IMG/VR virus record: IMGVR_UViG_3300037047_000246
Origin: a virus
Taxonomy: Duplodnaviria; Caudoviricetes
Strand: one strand, 5' to 3'
Length of the DNA: 64,000 bases
Both the position numbers and the translations under genes were made by a program. The notes beneath the pieces were generated by a model. It saw only the letters and a program-made list of their open reading frames with translations. It searched no databases and was not told the origin of the DNA. Shown in pieces: positions 9,189 through 18,745 of the stretch. Each line of letters begins with the position of its first letter. The stretch's first letter is position 1.

Positions 9189-9932
9189 GTGGGACGGACG
9201 AGGGACTTGCCCGGTCTAATAGACCTGTGGTACACTGGAATAAGTTTCCCTGGTTGGAGGTGGTGGATGGGTTTGTGTGTGGGCAAAAAAGTCAGGGTGG
9301 TGACGACTTTGTCTAAGCCAGCCAGGGTGCCTCCTGCGAAGCTGCCCTGGCCAAGGATCGCAGAGGACGACCCTTCCGTCGACCTGGGGGTTGACGTCAA
9401 AGCGAAGATTCAGGACATAACCAAAATTGTGCACAAGTACTTCAGGGTCGCAGACGTTCCCATGGAAGAACTTCTGCAAGAAGTGTTTGTCGCCATAGTG
9501 CACAAGAATCACACCAGATCCGCGCACGACCCTCGCAAGAGTTCGTTCGGGCACTACGTTTACATGATCGCCAACAATGTGTGCATCAACCTGGTGCATC
9601 GCAAAAAGCGTTACGACAAAGAGAGGGACTCCATCGATTCGCCCAACGGAGCGGACGATTCAAGAACCCTTCTCGACACCATAGACGTGCCCGCCGCAAA
9701 TTTGACCGACGAACTCACAGAGTACATGAAAGATATGGAAGAGCTCATGCGCAAGCGAGGCCAGCGCGACCTGGCTCGCTACGTCAGAGCAGTCCGGAGC
9801 GGCGCCAGCCCCGATGTCATTCGAGAAGCGTTGTCGTGGGGCGGGCACGAAGTGTCAAGCAAGGTCATCAGGGGATTTCGCTTGCAAGTCAAAGCTGTTG
9901 TGCAAGACGTTTACGGCATCGCCTGCGCCTAG
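9189..9932 (+). CDS. Sigma70/ECF-like RNA polymerase sigma factor (start uncertain)
   Basis: Region-2-like EELLQEVFVAIV...DPRKSSFGHYVYMIANNVCINLVHR followed by a helical C-terminal part. Confidence 0.75.
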   Translation: MGRTRDLPGLIDLWYTGISFPGWRWWMGLCVGKKVRVVTTLSKPARVPPAKLPWPRIAEDDPSVDLGVDVKAKIQDITKIVHKYFRVADVPMEELLQEVFVAIVHKNHTRSAHDPRKSSFGHYVYMIANNVCINLVHRKKRYDKERDSIDSPNGADDSRTLLDTIDVPAANLTDELTEYMKDMEELMRKRGQRDLARYVRAVRSGASPDVIREALSWGGHEVSSKVIRGFRLQVKAVVQDVYGIACA

Positions 9933-10168
9933 TTGCGCGGCTTCCATTTAGATATCAGATCCATATACTCGTTGATGCGCTTCTGCAGCACCGACGGAGC
10001 CGTCTTGCCGCGGAGAGCCAGCGTGAGGTGTCCCCTGATCAGCGGCAGCGCAGTTTTAGGATCTTGTAGTAGTTTCCAACACCCTTTGCACACGTACGTG
10101 TCTTCAGAGACGCCGTCTTGCTTTGTGGCCCTCAGCACACCATCGGAGTCGCAGTATATGCATTTCAT
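9929..10168 (-). CDS. small zinc-finger hypothetical protein
   Basis: CIYC...CKGC; ATGA coupling. Confidence 0.7.
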   Translation of the reverse strand: MKCIYCDSDGVLRATKQDGVSEDTYVCKGCWKLLQDPKTALPLIRGHLTLALRGKTAPSVLQKRINEYMDLISKWKPRN

Positions 10169-10764
10169 CTGGTGTTGAATTCTGCCGTAGACGAGACCAG
10201 CTCGTCCAGGTCTTTGAACTTCTTTGACAGCATTGCGTCCGCAAACAGCAGCGCCAGCGGAAGCGGCGCAGACACCCTAAGCACAGACCCGGGCTTGATT
10301 GCCGAGTCGAGGGCAGCAATGAACTGCGCATAAATTTTAGGCATGCGGTACGGCTCGTACGATTTGGCTGCAGCGCTGCTGCCGTCGCAAGCTTCGGGGT
10401 CGGACAAAACGTGGTGCAGCGAACAAGCCACTGGTCGCACGTCGTATGCGGCGCACATGCCGTTCACAAGCAGCGGGCACGGTATGCCTATCTTATACCA
10501 AGCCTGCGGACTGGCAGCTGCAGCGACGTCTCGAACAGCCTCCACGCTCTTGCGCATATGAGGCCAGCTACCGGACCTTTGCATCGCTCTGACCATCACG
10601 GCCGCTTCGGCGATGGTCAGAGCGATGAATCTGTTGCAGCAAGCGTGGCATCCGGCTCTGCATCGAATTGCCGAAACGGATACGCGCTCCATAGACGACC
10701 TTTGCGCAGCTTCCACAATGGCTATGTGCGCCATTGACAACACGGCATGGACGTCGGACTCCAT
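10165..10764 (-). CDS. YkgJ/FliB-like Cys-cluster (Fe-S/Zn) protein
   Basis: CxxxCxxCC (CRAGCHACC), CPLL-x4-CxxYxxRPxxC. Confidence 0.85.
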   Translation of the reverse strand: MESDVHAVLSMAHIAIVEAAQRSSMERVSVSAIRCRAGCHACCNRFIALTIAEAAVMVRAMQRSGSWPHMRKSVEAVRDVAAAASPQAWYKIGIPCPLLVNGMCAAYDVRPVACSLHHVLSDPEACDGSSAAAKSYEPYRMPKIYAQFIAALDSAIKPGSVLRVSAPLPLALLFADAMLSKKFKDLDELVSSTAEFNTR

Positions 10765-11102
10765 CAGTTCACGCTCGGAAAAGCACTATCCAGCGACTCA
10801 TGCCTCACGATAGCGAGCACGAGTTTGCATATAGATGGATCTTCTACAAGCGACATCACTTTTTCGCTTGCCAGCCGCCTAATGCTGCTCTCCACCGCTG
10901 ACCTGTCTTGAGGCTTTGCGAGCAAAAACCCGTGCAGGCAGCTCCTGGCTTGATCCAGAAGCTGCCTCTCCACCATCAGCACCGGGTGATCTGGTGCGCA
11001 AAGGTGTTCAAGCAAGCATTTGCGAGCGAACCGACTTGCGTACAACAACACGGGGTTTGACGCAATGTCATTGCGAGATTGCACCATAACCCCGTTGTTC
11101 AT
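10764..11102 (-). CDS. hypothetical protein
   Basis: 112-aa ORF coupled on both sides. Confidence 0.7.
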   Translation of the reverse strand: MNNGVMVQSRNDIASNPVLLYASRFARKCLLEHLCAPDHPVLMVERQLLDQARSCLHGFLLAKPQDRSAVESSIRRLASEKVMSLVEDPSICKLVLAIVRHESLDSAFPSVN

Positions 11103-11764
11103 TGAACGTTGCTCACTGCCTGGTTGGTTTCGATCTGCTTGACGAAGTTCTCGGCTTCAGCGTCGTCGACCGAGTCGGTGGCGAGTGAGAATTTGTCGTC
11201 TTGGCGACAGAAGGACTTGTCGTCCTTGAGGGCGTTGTACAGAGACTGCCTGGACCAGTAGCCCCACTTCGCCGTTGCCAGCTTCCAAATCTCCGCGGCT
11301 TGAAGCGGACCGCTTCCAGCTGCGATGATCTGCTTTACGGCTTCCTTGAGCGGAGGCCTGCCGGTCACCGGAGACTTCTTGACCTTCGCGTCTTTTGCAG
11401 CAGTTTTGGCCTCAGACTTCTTGGCCGGCGCGGGCTTCGCGGGCTTCGCGGGCTTCGCGGGCTTCGCGGGCTTGGCGGGCTTCTTGGCCGGCGCAAGCTT
11501 GGCGGGCTTGGTGGGCTTGTCTGCCTTCTTCTCAAGCTTCTTTGCAGGCTTGACAGGAGGCTTTACCTCAGGCTTTTTGACAACAGTCACTACGGCGTTG
11601 CCGATGCCACCCATCAGGGTCTTGACTTCCTTCAGGGCAGACCCCACCTGAGTCTTGTGCTTTTCGATCTGGAGGACCGAGTTGTCGATGCCCTTGAGCA
11701 GGGAATTGATCTTCACCAGAGCCTGCTTGGGTGTCTTCGGAGTCTTCTTGGTCTTCGTTTCCAT
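11099..11764 (-). CDS. Histone H1-like Lys/Pro/Ala-rich protein with C-terminal winged-HTH-like domain
   Basis: PAKPAK repeats, N-terminal coiled coil, C-terminal LKEAVKQII...AAEIWKL...RQSLYNAL. Confidence 0.7.
   Translation of the reverse strand: METKTKKTPKTPKQALVKINSLLKGIDNSVLQIEKHKTQVGSALKEVKTLMGGIGNAVVTVVKKPEVKPPVKPAKKLEKKADKPTKPAKLAPAKKPAKPAKPAKPAKPAKPAPAKKSEAKTAAKDAKVKKSPVTGRPPLKEAVKQIIAAGSGPLQAAEIWKLATAKWGYWSRQSLYNALKDDKSFCRQDDKFSLATDSVDDAEAENFVKQIETNQAVSNVQ
11430..11483. repeat. 9-bp tandem repeat (GCGGGCTTC) x6 encoding K-P-A on the minus strand
   Basis: Read directly; one copy has a C-to-G variant. Confidence 0.95.
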
Positions 11765-11765
11765 A

Positions 11766-12008
11766 TTACATTCCTTTCTGCTTCATGTGCTCAATCTGGC
11801 GCTGCATGCGAGCCAGATCTGCTTCGGATACTACATTGAATACCCGACAAATTTCCTCTTTTTGATCCTTGAAATTATCCAGCATTGACTTATGTCTGTC
11901 CATACCGGCAACTTCGTACATCATGCGCATCCCCGACCATAGCTTAGACCAATCGGCCGTGCTCTTGCTGCCTGGAGATGGGGATATGATTTTTGACTTG
12001 CGATTCAT
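11766..12008 (-). CDS. hypothetical protein
   Basis: Start MNRKSK at 12008 with TGTAAA box 9 nt upstream; TAATG-type coupling to the next gene. Confidence 0.7.
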   Translation of the reverse strand: MNRKSKIISPSPGSKSTADWSKLWSGMRMMYEVAGMDRHKSMLDNFKDQKEEICRVFNVVSEADLARMQRQIEHMKQKGM

Positions 12009-12051
12009 ACTGTCAACTTTACAATTTAAGCCACACTGCTGTACGGTGTCA

Positions 12052-12222
12052 ATGATGACGTACGATGACTTTATCGAAAAGCTCAGGGAAATCAAAGCAG
12101 AGTTCAAACGCGCAAAGCGCACAGATTTGATAACCATCGAGCAGCTGGAGCACTACCTGACTGAGCGCAAAAGCCGGCGTTCGTCACGCGGACTGAAGTC
12201 GCTTAAGGGGTTGGACCTGTGA
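12052..12222 (+). CDS. hypothetical protein
   Basis: MMTYDDFIEK...; GTGA coupling to the J-domain gene. Confidence 0.65.
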   Translation: MMTYDDFIEKLREIKAEFKRAKRTDLITIEQLEHYLTERKSRRSSRGLKSLKGLDL

Positions 12223-12554
12223 ACATTGCCGACGCATGGTCTGTCCTCGGGAAGAACTGGGCCGACCTGGTCAGGGATTTGGCTGCCATGCCAACGGACT
12301 CAGGTAGGGTACAACATGCGGAGCAGCTTTTGGCGGAAGCCAGAAAAATCGCCAGGAAGCTGATGGCGAAGCATCACCCAGACATGAACCAAGACGACCC
12401 TGACTCAGCCATCAGGTTTCAAGCAGTCAGCGCTGCTTTGTCCGCGATTGAGGCTAGCACAAACGAAATGCTGGACAAATACCAAGAGTCAAAGCTGCGA
12501 GCAGAGCAGCTCGCCAGCAAACGCGCCAAAGACGGCTTCATAGTAATAAAGTAG
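12219..12554 (+). CDS. J-domain-like protein
   Basis: ARKLMAKHHPDMNQDDPDSAIRFQAVSAA contains the HPD motif and J-domain helix III pattern. Confidence 0.75.
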   Translation: MNIADAWSVLGKNWADLVRDLAAMPTDSGRVQHAEQLLAEARKIARKLMAKHHPDMNQDDPDSAIRFQAVSAALSAIEASTNEMLDKYQESKLRAEQLASKRAKDGFIVIK

Positions 12555-12576
12555 ACCTCTTGTTCCGCGTACCAAC

Positions 12577-13332
12577 GTGCCCATCATCACCGCCATTCAA
12601 TATAAGCCGCGTTTGGCCACAAGCCCTGCGGACGTGTCTGACAACTTCAGGCGATGCGCACCTCTGGTGAACCAGGCGGCAGCCCTGGGATCCCAGGTGG
12701 TCGTGTTTCCTGAACTGGCGTTCACTGGGTACAGCTTCTTGTCAATCGACGACGCAGCGCCAGTGGCAGAGCGCCGAGACGGCACGACGGCCAATCGCAT
12801 GTCGCAAATGGCCAAGTTGCTGAAAGCCTACGTCGTGTGGGGGTTCGTGGAAGGCGACGGAAACCTGCTGTATAACTCGGCGTCAATGGCCGACCCCAGC
12901 GGCGAAGTAATTTTGACGGTCAGAAAGCTAAACCTGTGGGGCAACGATTTCCTGTGGGCATCGCCTGGAGACGAGCTTCCAGGTGTGGTGAACACAGATG
13001 TTGGGTGGATGTCTGTGTCGATATGTCGAGACATCATAGACAAAGACCCAGTGTCAGGACGCAGACTATTCGCCGACCGGAAGGTGGACCTCCTGGCTGC
13101 ACCGATGAACTGGAGCTCTGGCGGGTTTCCGGCCACGGACTGGATGAACTTCGTGAAGAACAATTCGTGCGCGCTGGTTGTTGCAAATCGATGGGGGACG
13201 GAGAGCAACAGGTCATTCAAACACGACTTCGGCCAAGGCGGTTCCGTAGTGATCGGCAAAGACTCAAGGCCGCACATAGGCGGACTCGTGTTCGGTGCAG
13301 ACAGCACTGTGACAGCAATGATAGACTTGTGA
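12577..13332 (+). CDS. Carbon-nitrogen hydrolase (nitrilase superfamily)
   Basis: Catalytic triad motifs VFPELA (E), VRKLNL (K), SICRD (C). Confidence 0.9.
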   Translation: MPIITAIQYKPRLATSPADVSDNFRRCAPLVNQAAALGSQVVVFPELAFTGYSFLSIDDAAPVAERRDGTTANRMSQMAKLLKAYVVWGFVEGDGNLLYNSASMADPSGEVILTVRKLNLWGNDFLWASPGDELPGVVNTDVGWMSVSICRDIIDKDPVSGRRLFADRKVDLLAAPMNWSSGGFPATDWMNFVKNNSCALVVANRWGTESNRSFKHDFGQGGSVVIGKDSRPHIGGLVFGADSTVTAMIDL

Positions 13333-13340
13333 GGCACACC

Positions 13341-13733
13341 ATGGCAGATCCGGAAGATTGCGACGTCACCAGGCAGCACGGTCCAGACGACCCGGTCAAT
13401 CCGAATCCTGGTCAGTGCACGCTTTGCACTGGAGACACGAGGGACAACATATTTTTCACGCCCCGTGCGCCAGGTTTTGCCGGCAGGTGCATCTTGGACG
13501 AGATGACGTACGAGCAGGTAGAGCTGGTGCTGCTTCGCAGTCCAAGAGCTAAAGGAGACTTGCTGCGCATCACGTCAAACCCGACCTTGGTCACGATGGC
13601 CAGAAACTCAAGGCTTGTCGAAAATCCGGCTGACGACAACGAAAATATGCGCAAACGGCTCCATGCCAACAGCTTGCCGTTCTACACCCTGTTTAAGGGA
13701 AATCAGGACGGGACGCCCACAGGGAGGCGTTAA
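13341..13733 (+). CDS. hypothetical protein
   Basis: ATG at 13341 with GAGG SD; 130 aa. Confidence 0.7.
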   Translation: MADPEDCDVTRQHGPDDPVNPNPGQCTLCTGDTRDNIFFTPRAPGFAGRCILDEMTYEQVELVLLRSPRAKGDLLRITSNPTLVTMARNSRLVENPADDNENMRKRLHANSLPFYTLFKGNQDGTPTGRR

Positions 13734-15304
13734 CCTGCTCCGGGACGGCACCAGACCCACCGCTTCTTGCCGAGGTCCCAAATTTTGGCGTATCCCTGGC
13801 TTTGCCGCAGCAGGCTCTCGGTTTGGGGATACCCATTTGGCTTTCTAAGACCCGATTTGTGGTGTCTGCGTCTGCCTTTGACCCAGTAGTAATCTGGCTT
13901 GACATCCCCGTCGAACACAAAGCCGAGCTTGCCGTACACCCCACCGTTGAACAACCTGTTGTCGGAGAACGAAACAATGGACTGAGGGCAGTGTTGGCGC
14001 ACAAACACTCGCAGCAGCTTTGACCAGATCCCGTGCGCTCGGTATGCCGGGTCGGAAGTCATGCGCACGAGCTCCCAGTCGTGCTTCGACTGGCGGCTTG
14101 GACGCTTGAAGGACACACATGCGATCAGCTTGCCGCCGTACGATGCGCCAACATTGACGCTGGCGCGAGCCCCGCCCAAATAATGGAAGCTGTCGTGAAG
14201 AGCGTCTGCCGACCGGCAGTCTACGAAGCCGACATCGCACGCTGACGGTCTAAGCGACTCTGGCTTGTGCGTGCCAAGCCTGTTCGCTATGATGTCGCAC
14301 ATTTTGGCTTTACTGAAAGCCCACTCGTCCTCGTATATTGCCAATAGCTCGAATCCGTGGTCTATCGAATTCAGGTACTTGGCCGAGTCCCGGCGCCGTG
14401 ACTCAGGGCTTGAATGCCAGCGAAGACCGTGGTGCTCTATGAGCAATCGGCAGTCCGGCACGCCAACATCATAAGCGAGTTTGCCTACTTTGTACTCCAT
14501 GATAGGGTGCGCTCCCAGCGTCCGCACAGCATCCAGTATTTGCTGTTGCGCGTCGCTGACGTGACCGGCTGCGCATCCGCATGTTAACGAACGGCCAATT
14601 CTTATGTCGTCCCATCTAGGATGGTATTCTGCTCCGCAGGCTGCACACGTGGCTCGCACTGGTTCGCCAGTGTTGACGATGCTTTTCGCGATAGCAACCC
14701 CGCCAGGCGGCATTTGCGTCATGCAAATCGGAGTGCGCAACGCACGCAAGTCGTCCTTGTGCGCCTCATACCAAGCAGCAACTGAGGTGCGGCACCTCCC
14801 GCAGCTTTTCGTATTGAGCCTTGTGACACGTATGATCGGCAAGTCAACTTCGCGGCCGCACGTGCAGACCCAGGTTACGAGCTTCGCTGAGGATGGGTGC
14901 GCATCTACCGGCCGCTTCATCCGCAATCTGCCGAACTTCTTGCCCGCCCACTCCTCGGCAGGCAAAACGTTGCATTTGCCACAAGTTGTCGTAAGGCCCT
15001 TGCTCACCGTGACAATTGCGGCCTGTGTTGTTTTGCCGCAATCGCAAAGCCAAATCGCCCGCTTGTTGGAGCCAGTGCTGGTCGGCTGCGGATGCAACAT
15101 TCGCAGCCGACCATACTTGGTGCTTGCCCAGTGCTCGGCTGGCAGAACATTGCACTTGCCGCACGATTTCCTGTGGCCGCGGGCAAAATCAATCCACTTG
15201 ACCGGTATGCCTGTGTTGCCGCATACGCAGTCAAACAGGACAATCTTTCCTGAGCCCGCTGATGGCAGGATCTGGCCTGGTGTTGGTGTCAGTCGCGTCT
15301 GCAT
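13730..15304 (-). mobile_element. Free-standing Hef-like homing endonuclease gene (Cys-repeat N-terminus + PD-(D/E)xK-like nuclease + GNAT/Mom-like C-terminus), copy 1
   Basis: Three CxCG...SCGxC repeats, YDVGVP...LIEHHGLRWHS nuclease motif, SFSDNRLFNG..Y.KLGF...KPDYYW and KIWDLGKKRW; paralogous to 22632-24410. Confidence 0.75.
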
Positions 15305-15998
15305 TATTTCTGACCAGTGGGCCGCCGTAATATCCAGCCACTGCCCGATCCACCACGATATGTGCTTTTTCCGTGACCAATTTGGTGAGGTCCATATCCA
15401 GCACGTATGCAAGAATAAAAGAATAAATAACGACATCGGGCAACTCAGACACTACGGCTCCCAATAACTGCTGATCCGCGTTGCCTCCGTTGCGGAGCGC
15501 TTTAACCATTTTATTCAAACATTCTCCAGCTTCAGCTGACACAGCTGCCGCATAATAGAATGCCGGGTTCTGACCATAGGCTTCCTTCTCACCCATCTGC
15601 TTGATGCGGCACAGCACCTTGTGCGATTCGACAATGGCCGAGAAGATGTCGTCCATAGCCGCTTCACGCTCCCCAACCAGTTCCTTGATTCGTTGGTCGA
15701 TGGTGCTGAATACGCCGTTGACTTCGAAAGTGGCGCTTCTGGCTTCGTCTCGCAGCCGTCGCAGTTCGTCGATTCTGGCGTCAATCTCGGACCGGGTTCG
15801 CTTGGGGATGAAGTCAGTGTGGGTTACCGGGCTGGCTTCTTGCAACACCAAAGACTTGCCAAATACGCCGACGCATTCCCCCGGTTCTTGCGGCTCTGGC
15901 TGCAGCCATACAATTCCAGCGTCGTCGGAGCAGTCGTGAACCGAATGCAGACGGCCGCGAAACATCAAAGTTTGGCCAACCCTAATTGTGTCAAGCAT
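15231..15998 (-). CDS. MazG-like NTP pyrophosphohydrolase domain protein
   Basis: AEAGECLNKMVK...SELPDVVIY (ExxE...ExxD) after an N-terminal coiled coil. Confidence 0.75.
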   Translation of the reverse strand: MLDTIRVGQTLMFRGRLHSVHDCSDDAGIVWLQPEPQEPGECVGVFGKSLVLQEASPVTHTDFIPKRTRSEIDARIDELRRLRDEARSATFEVNGVFSTIDQRIKELVGEREAAMDDIFSAIVESHKVLCRIKQMGEKEAYGQNPAFYYAAAVSAEAGECLNKMVKALRNGGNADQQLLGAVVSELPDVVIYSFILAYVLDMDLTKLVTEKAHIVVDRAVAGYYGGPLVRNNADATDTNTRPDPAISGLRKDCPV

Positions 15999-16633
15999 CA
16001 GATAACCTTGCCTCTTAGAAACATGGCACAGATCGCCGCTGCGTTCTGTGCCAACTGCGAGTAATACTGGCCGAGCTCAAAGCTTTTGCCACCTGTCGCG
16101 AAGATCACATTCTCGTTTTCCGAAGCCATGGCTCGCAGGTCGGCCACCATTCGTTCAAAGAACGGATGGATTTCAGTGTTGCCGCGAGAGACCTCCCGAA
16201 CCATAAAATTGTGCAAGCTCATGAAATCGGCTGCTTTCACGACGGCTCGCACATAGCTCGGATTTTTGGCGGCACCGACCAAGGAATCGGCGGCGGCCAC
16301 CACAGCCCGCATCGATGGACCGAACTCCGTCAAGATTTCCCGTTCAGCTTTGTCTATCGCTTGCTTTAGAGCTTTCGAGCGATACTTGAACGTACGCACG
16401 AAGTCACCCGCTTTCATTTCTGGGATGTCATGCACCAAGGCGCAAGCAAGGCACGCCGCCAATGTGTCTGTATCCTGGGGATCCAGGGCTTGGTGGATCA
16501 TGGCAGCATATATCGTCACCCAGTACGAGTGCGAGGTCACATTCTCCGGCACACTGATTGGAATGGTGCTGTATCGCCAGACATAGTCCAGCCGCTGACA
16601 TTCACGCGTCGTTTCAATAAACTCTGCCCACAT
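15998..16633 (-). CDS. HD-domain nucleotidase (YfbR/DatZ-like)
   Basis: RLDYVWRY...ENVTSHSY, ALVHDIPEMKAGD, VKAAD. Confidence 0.88.
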   Translation of the reverse strand: MWAEFIETTRECQRLDYVWRYSTIPISVPENVTSHSYWVTIYAAMIHQALDPQDTDTLAACLACALVHDIPEMKAGDFVRTFKYRSKALKQAIDKAEREILTEFGPSMRAVVAAADSLVGAAKNPSYVRAVVKAADFMSLHNFMVREVSRGNTEIHPFFERMVADLRAMASENENVIFATGGKSFELGQYYSQLAQNAAAICAMFLRGKVI

Positions 16634-16732
16634 TTGCTGACTCCTGGCTGGAACTTACATGCAAAAACACGCTGCGGAGTTCAGAAACGTCGCGAGACGC
16701 TATGCCGCCTCGATGCTGGACGCGCACCTAGG

Positions 16733-16921
16733 TTATTCGAGGCATTGAATCGCCAATAAGGGCATTCCGCCTTCAGGCGACAGGTCAGTGACGGAGCCGG
16801 ACGTGCCGCTCCGCGCCATCTCTTCGACAAGCATGGCCGCCTCTTCGGGCTCCAGCAGCGCATGCTTGACTACCTGGTCGCCTTCGTCGTCCACATACTC
16901 TATGACGTAAAACCTGGGCAT
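16733..16921 (-). CDS. hypothetical protein
   Basis: 62-aa acidic ORF. Confidence 0.55.
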   Translation of the reverse strand: MPRFYVIEYVDDEGDQVVKHALLEPEEAAMLVEEMARSGTSGSVTDLSPEGGMPLLAIQCLE

Positions 16922-16946
16922 GATTGGCCTTCATGTAAATTCGGCA

Positions 16947-17348
16947 ATGAAAGACGTACCGCCTGCCATGAAGGTAATCGACATTTCGGACAGGCTGCCT
17001 AAGCACGCTGCGCAGTCTACGCCAGACGAAGCCGGAGCTGTCATCGAGCTAGGTCGGTGCGCGGCCTGCCAACTTGTGCAACGCCTTGAGGATTTCTGCT
17101 GCAGCGACTGCCGCGACAAGTTCGGAGATAAAAGCGGGTTGCTGTTCAGGCGGATACGCGACGATTCGACCTTCGCCGCGGCGTTTTACTCGGCTCTGAT
17201 GCCTAACAAGCGCCAGTCTTTCATCCGCCTGTTTGGCCTCCCGGACGGGTGCCTCGAACCCGGAAAAACACCGAGCCGAGATTCTCGTCCTCGGTTGTGC
17301 GTTGTGTCTGAAGAGCCGCCACAAAACTGCTCAGATCCAAACTCCTGA
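16947..17348 (+). CDS. hypothetical Cys-containing protein
   Basis: ATG at 16947 lies 7 nt after TGTAAA; CAAC...CCSDC. Confidence 0.65.
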   Translation: MKDVPPAMKVIDISDRLPKHAAQSTPDEAGAVIELGRCAACQLVQRLEDFCCSDCRDKFGDKSGLLFRRIRDDSTFAAAFYSALMPNKRQSFIRLFGLPDGCLEPGKTPSRDSRPRLCVVSEEPPQNCSDPNS

Positions 17349-17724
17349 GCTTGGCTGCACTTTCCAAGATTTTCAGCACGCGGAGCGGGTTCCCCTTCAG
17401 TAGCATGGCTTCCTGAACAAGGTCTGTTGCAGTTTTGTCCCGCCATCGGCCAACTTCGTCTCTGTCGACGACGCGCGGGCCGTTGTTTGACACAATCCAC
17501 TGGTGTTTTTTGAGTTCGATGTCAAGCGCTGCATGCGGCGCTGTAGGCAGATCGTGTTCAGACAGGTCTTGCTTCAGCATCAAAACCCGTCCTGACTTTT
17601 CAATCAAAACAGCTTCAGGAATTGATGCGAACTCGGTGGGGAACCATCCGACTACATGAAAGCCTTCAGAATCACAATTGCAAAGAGCGCCAGCGTCAGG
17701 CATACCACCAAAATCCCCGTCCAC
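17221..17724 (-). CDS. hypothetical protein (start uncertain)
   Basis: Open frame within a minus-strand run; both ends overlap neighbours. Confidence 0.5.
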   Translation of the reverse strand: MDGDFGGMPDAGALCNCDSEGFHVVGWFPTEFASIPEAVLIEKSGRVLMLKQDLSEHDLPTAPHAALDIELKKHQWIVSNNGPRVVDRDEVGRWRDKTATDLVQEAMLLKGNPLRVLKILESAAKLRSLDLSSFVAALQTQRTTEDENLGSVFFRVRGTRPGGQTGG

Positions 17725-17984
17725 TTTACTGCTTTCATGGACACCGCGAAAGCAGTGGCAGACGGAGAGCGCTTCACTGCCAAGATTTGTGCGTCGTTTT
17801 GGCCTGCTTGCTGACTGTCAAGCGCCGTAGCCAGTCCAGACAACTGATCGAATGTCAAGTATCCGGGGACAGGAACGTGCATGGGAACGCAACGGCCGAC
17901 ACACTCCGTGGGCTTCTTGCCGCACTCGGGGCAGTGCTCGCTGGAGATCTGGTGCTGCGCGCCGCAAATCCTGCATCTCATCAT
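17652..17984 (-). CDS. zinc-ribbon protein with C-terminal transmembrane helix
   Basis: CRICG...CPECG; hydrophobic WTGILVVCLTLALFAIVIL. Confidence 0.75.
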   Translation of the reverse strand: MMRCRICGAQHQISSEHCPECGKKPTECVGRCVPMHVPVPGYLTFDQLSGLATALDSQQAGQNDAQILAVKRSPSATAFAVSMKAVKWTGILVVCLTLALFAIVILKAFM

Positions 17985-18745
17985 GACAAGCCTCGATTCA
18001 GTTGGCTGATGCCTTCCAACAGCAGGTCCTGGAGCGGCGCATCCCTGTCTTGCACAGATTCAACAAACTTTTGGACGTCTCTTTTGTTGAATCCCAAGTT
18101 GGCAAGGCCTGACTGCAGCTGACTGGCCAGTTGGTCGTTCCGCTGGGAATCCTCGGCCAGCCGGCAGCTCTCTGCCGGCTGCATCTCTGCCAGCTGCAGC
18201 TCCAGCTCCTGCACGGCAAATTGCCGCCGCAGCATGACTTCGTCCATCTTCCTATCCACGTACGCTTTTTGCACTTCGGACAGAGAGTCCTGGAACAAGC
18301 TGACCAGGAATGGGGACGCCATCCACCTGTCTGCGTCCACAATCTCGAGCACGAAATCCCAAAAGGCCACTTGGTCAAGCGCTGTCGACCTGGTTAATGG
18401 TTCTTGCTGACTCATGGAAATGAGTGCACAAGTGTCGCTGACCGACCCGTCTTGCTGCACCAGAGACTCAATCATGTGCACCGCGTGCTCGTTGTGAGCT
18501 TTCACCAGCAAAACACGCTTCACGGACTGGTCGGCCGAAAACATGCCAAAGACGTACCAAGCCTGGCTGAGGCCGAAAGCCGGGTGCGCCGGACCAACCA
18601 CCTTGGTATCTTTGATCTGAACCTTGCTCATATTTGGGGCTACGTCAGGCATCGGCCGATTTCCGGCCTTAATCCGGAGAAGCCACAGGAGGCCCCTGAT
18701 GAAAACCTTCCCTATTTCCGTCTTGATCGCAATTCTGACGTTCAC
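17981..18745 (-). CDS. protein with C-terminal RuvA domain-III-like module (start likely internal)
   Basis: LQSGLANLGFNKRDVQKFVESV...LQDLLLEGISQL matches the RuvA C-terminal pattern ALxxLGy..ea...v....e.lir.AL..l. Confidence 0.55.
   Translation of the reverse strand: MNVRIAIKTEIGKVFIRGLLWLLRIKAGNRPMPDVAPNMSKVQIKDTKVVGPAHPAFGLSQAWYVFGMFSADQSVKRVLLVKAHNEHAVHMIESLVQQDGSVSDTCALISMSQQEPLTRSTALDQVAFWDFVLEIVDADRWMASPFLVSLFQDSLSEVQKAYVDRKMDEVMLRRQFAVQELELQLAEMQPAESCRLAEDSQRNDQLASQLQSGLANLGFNKRDVQKFVESVQDRDAPLQDLLLEGISQLNRGLS

Noticed and set aside
13700-13765. Recoded target duplication at Hef-like copy 1 (QDGTPT versus RDGTRPT)
   Set aside because: Only three matching residues, in a different frame and both on the same side of the element; compatible with chance.
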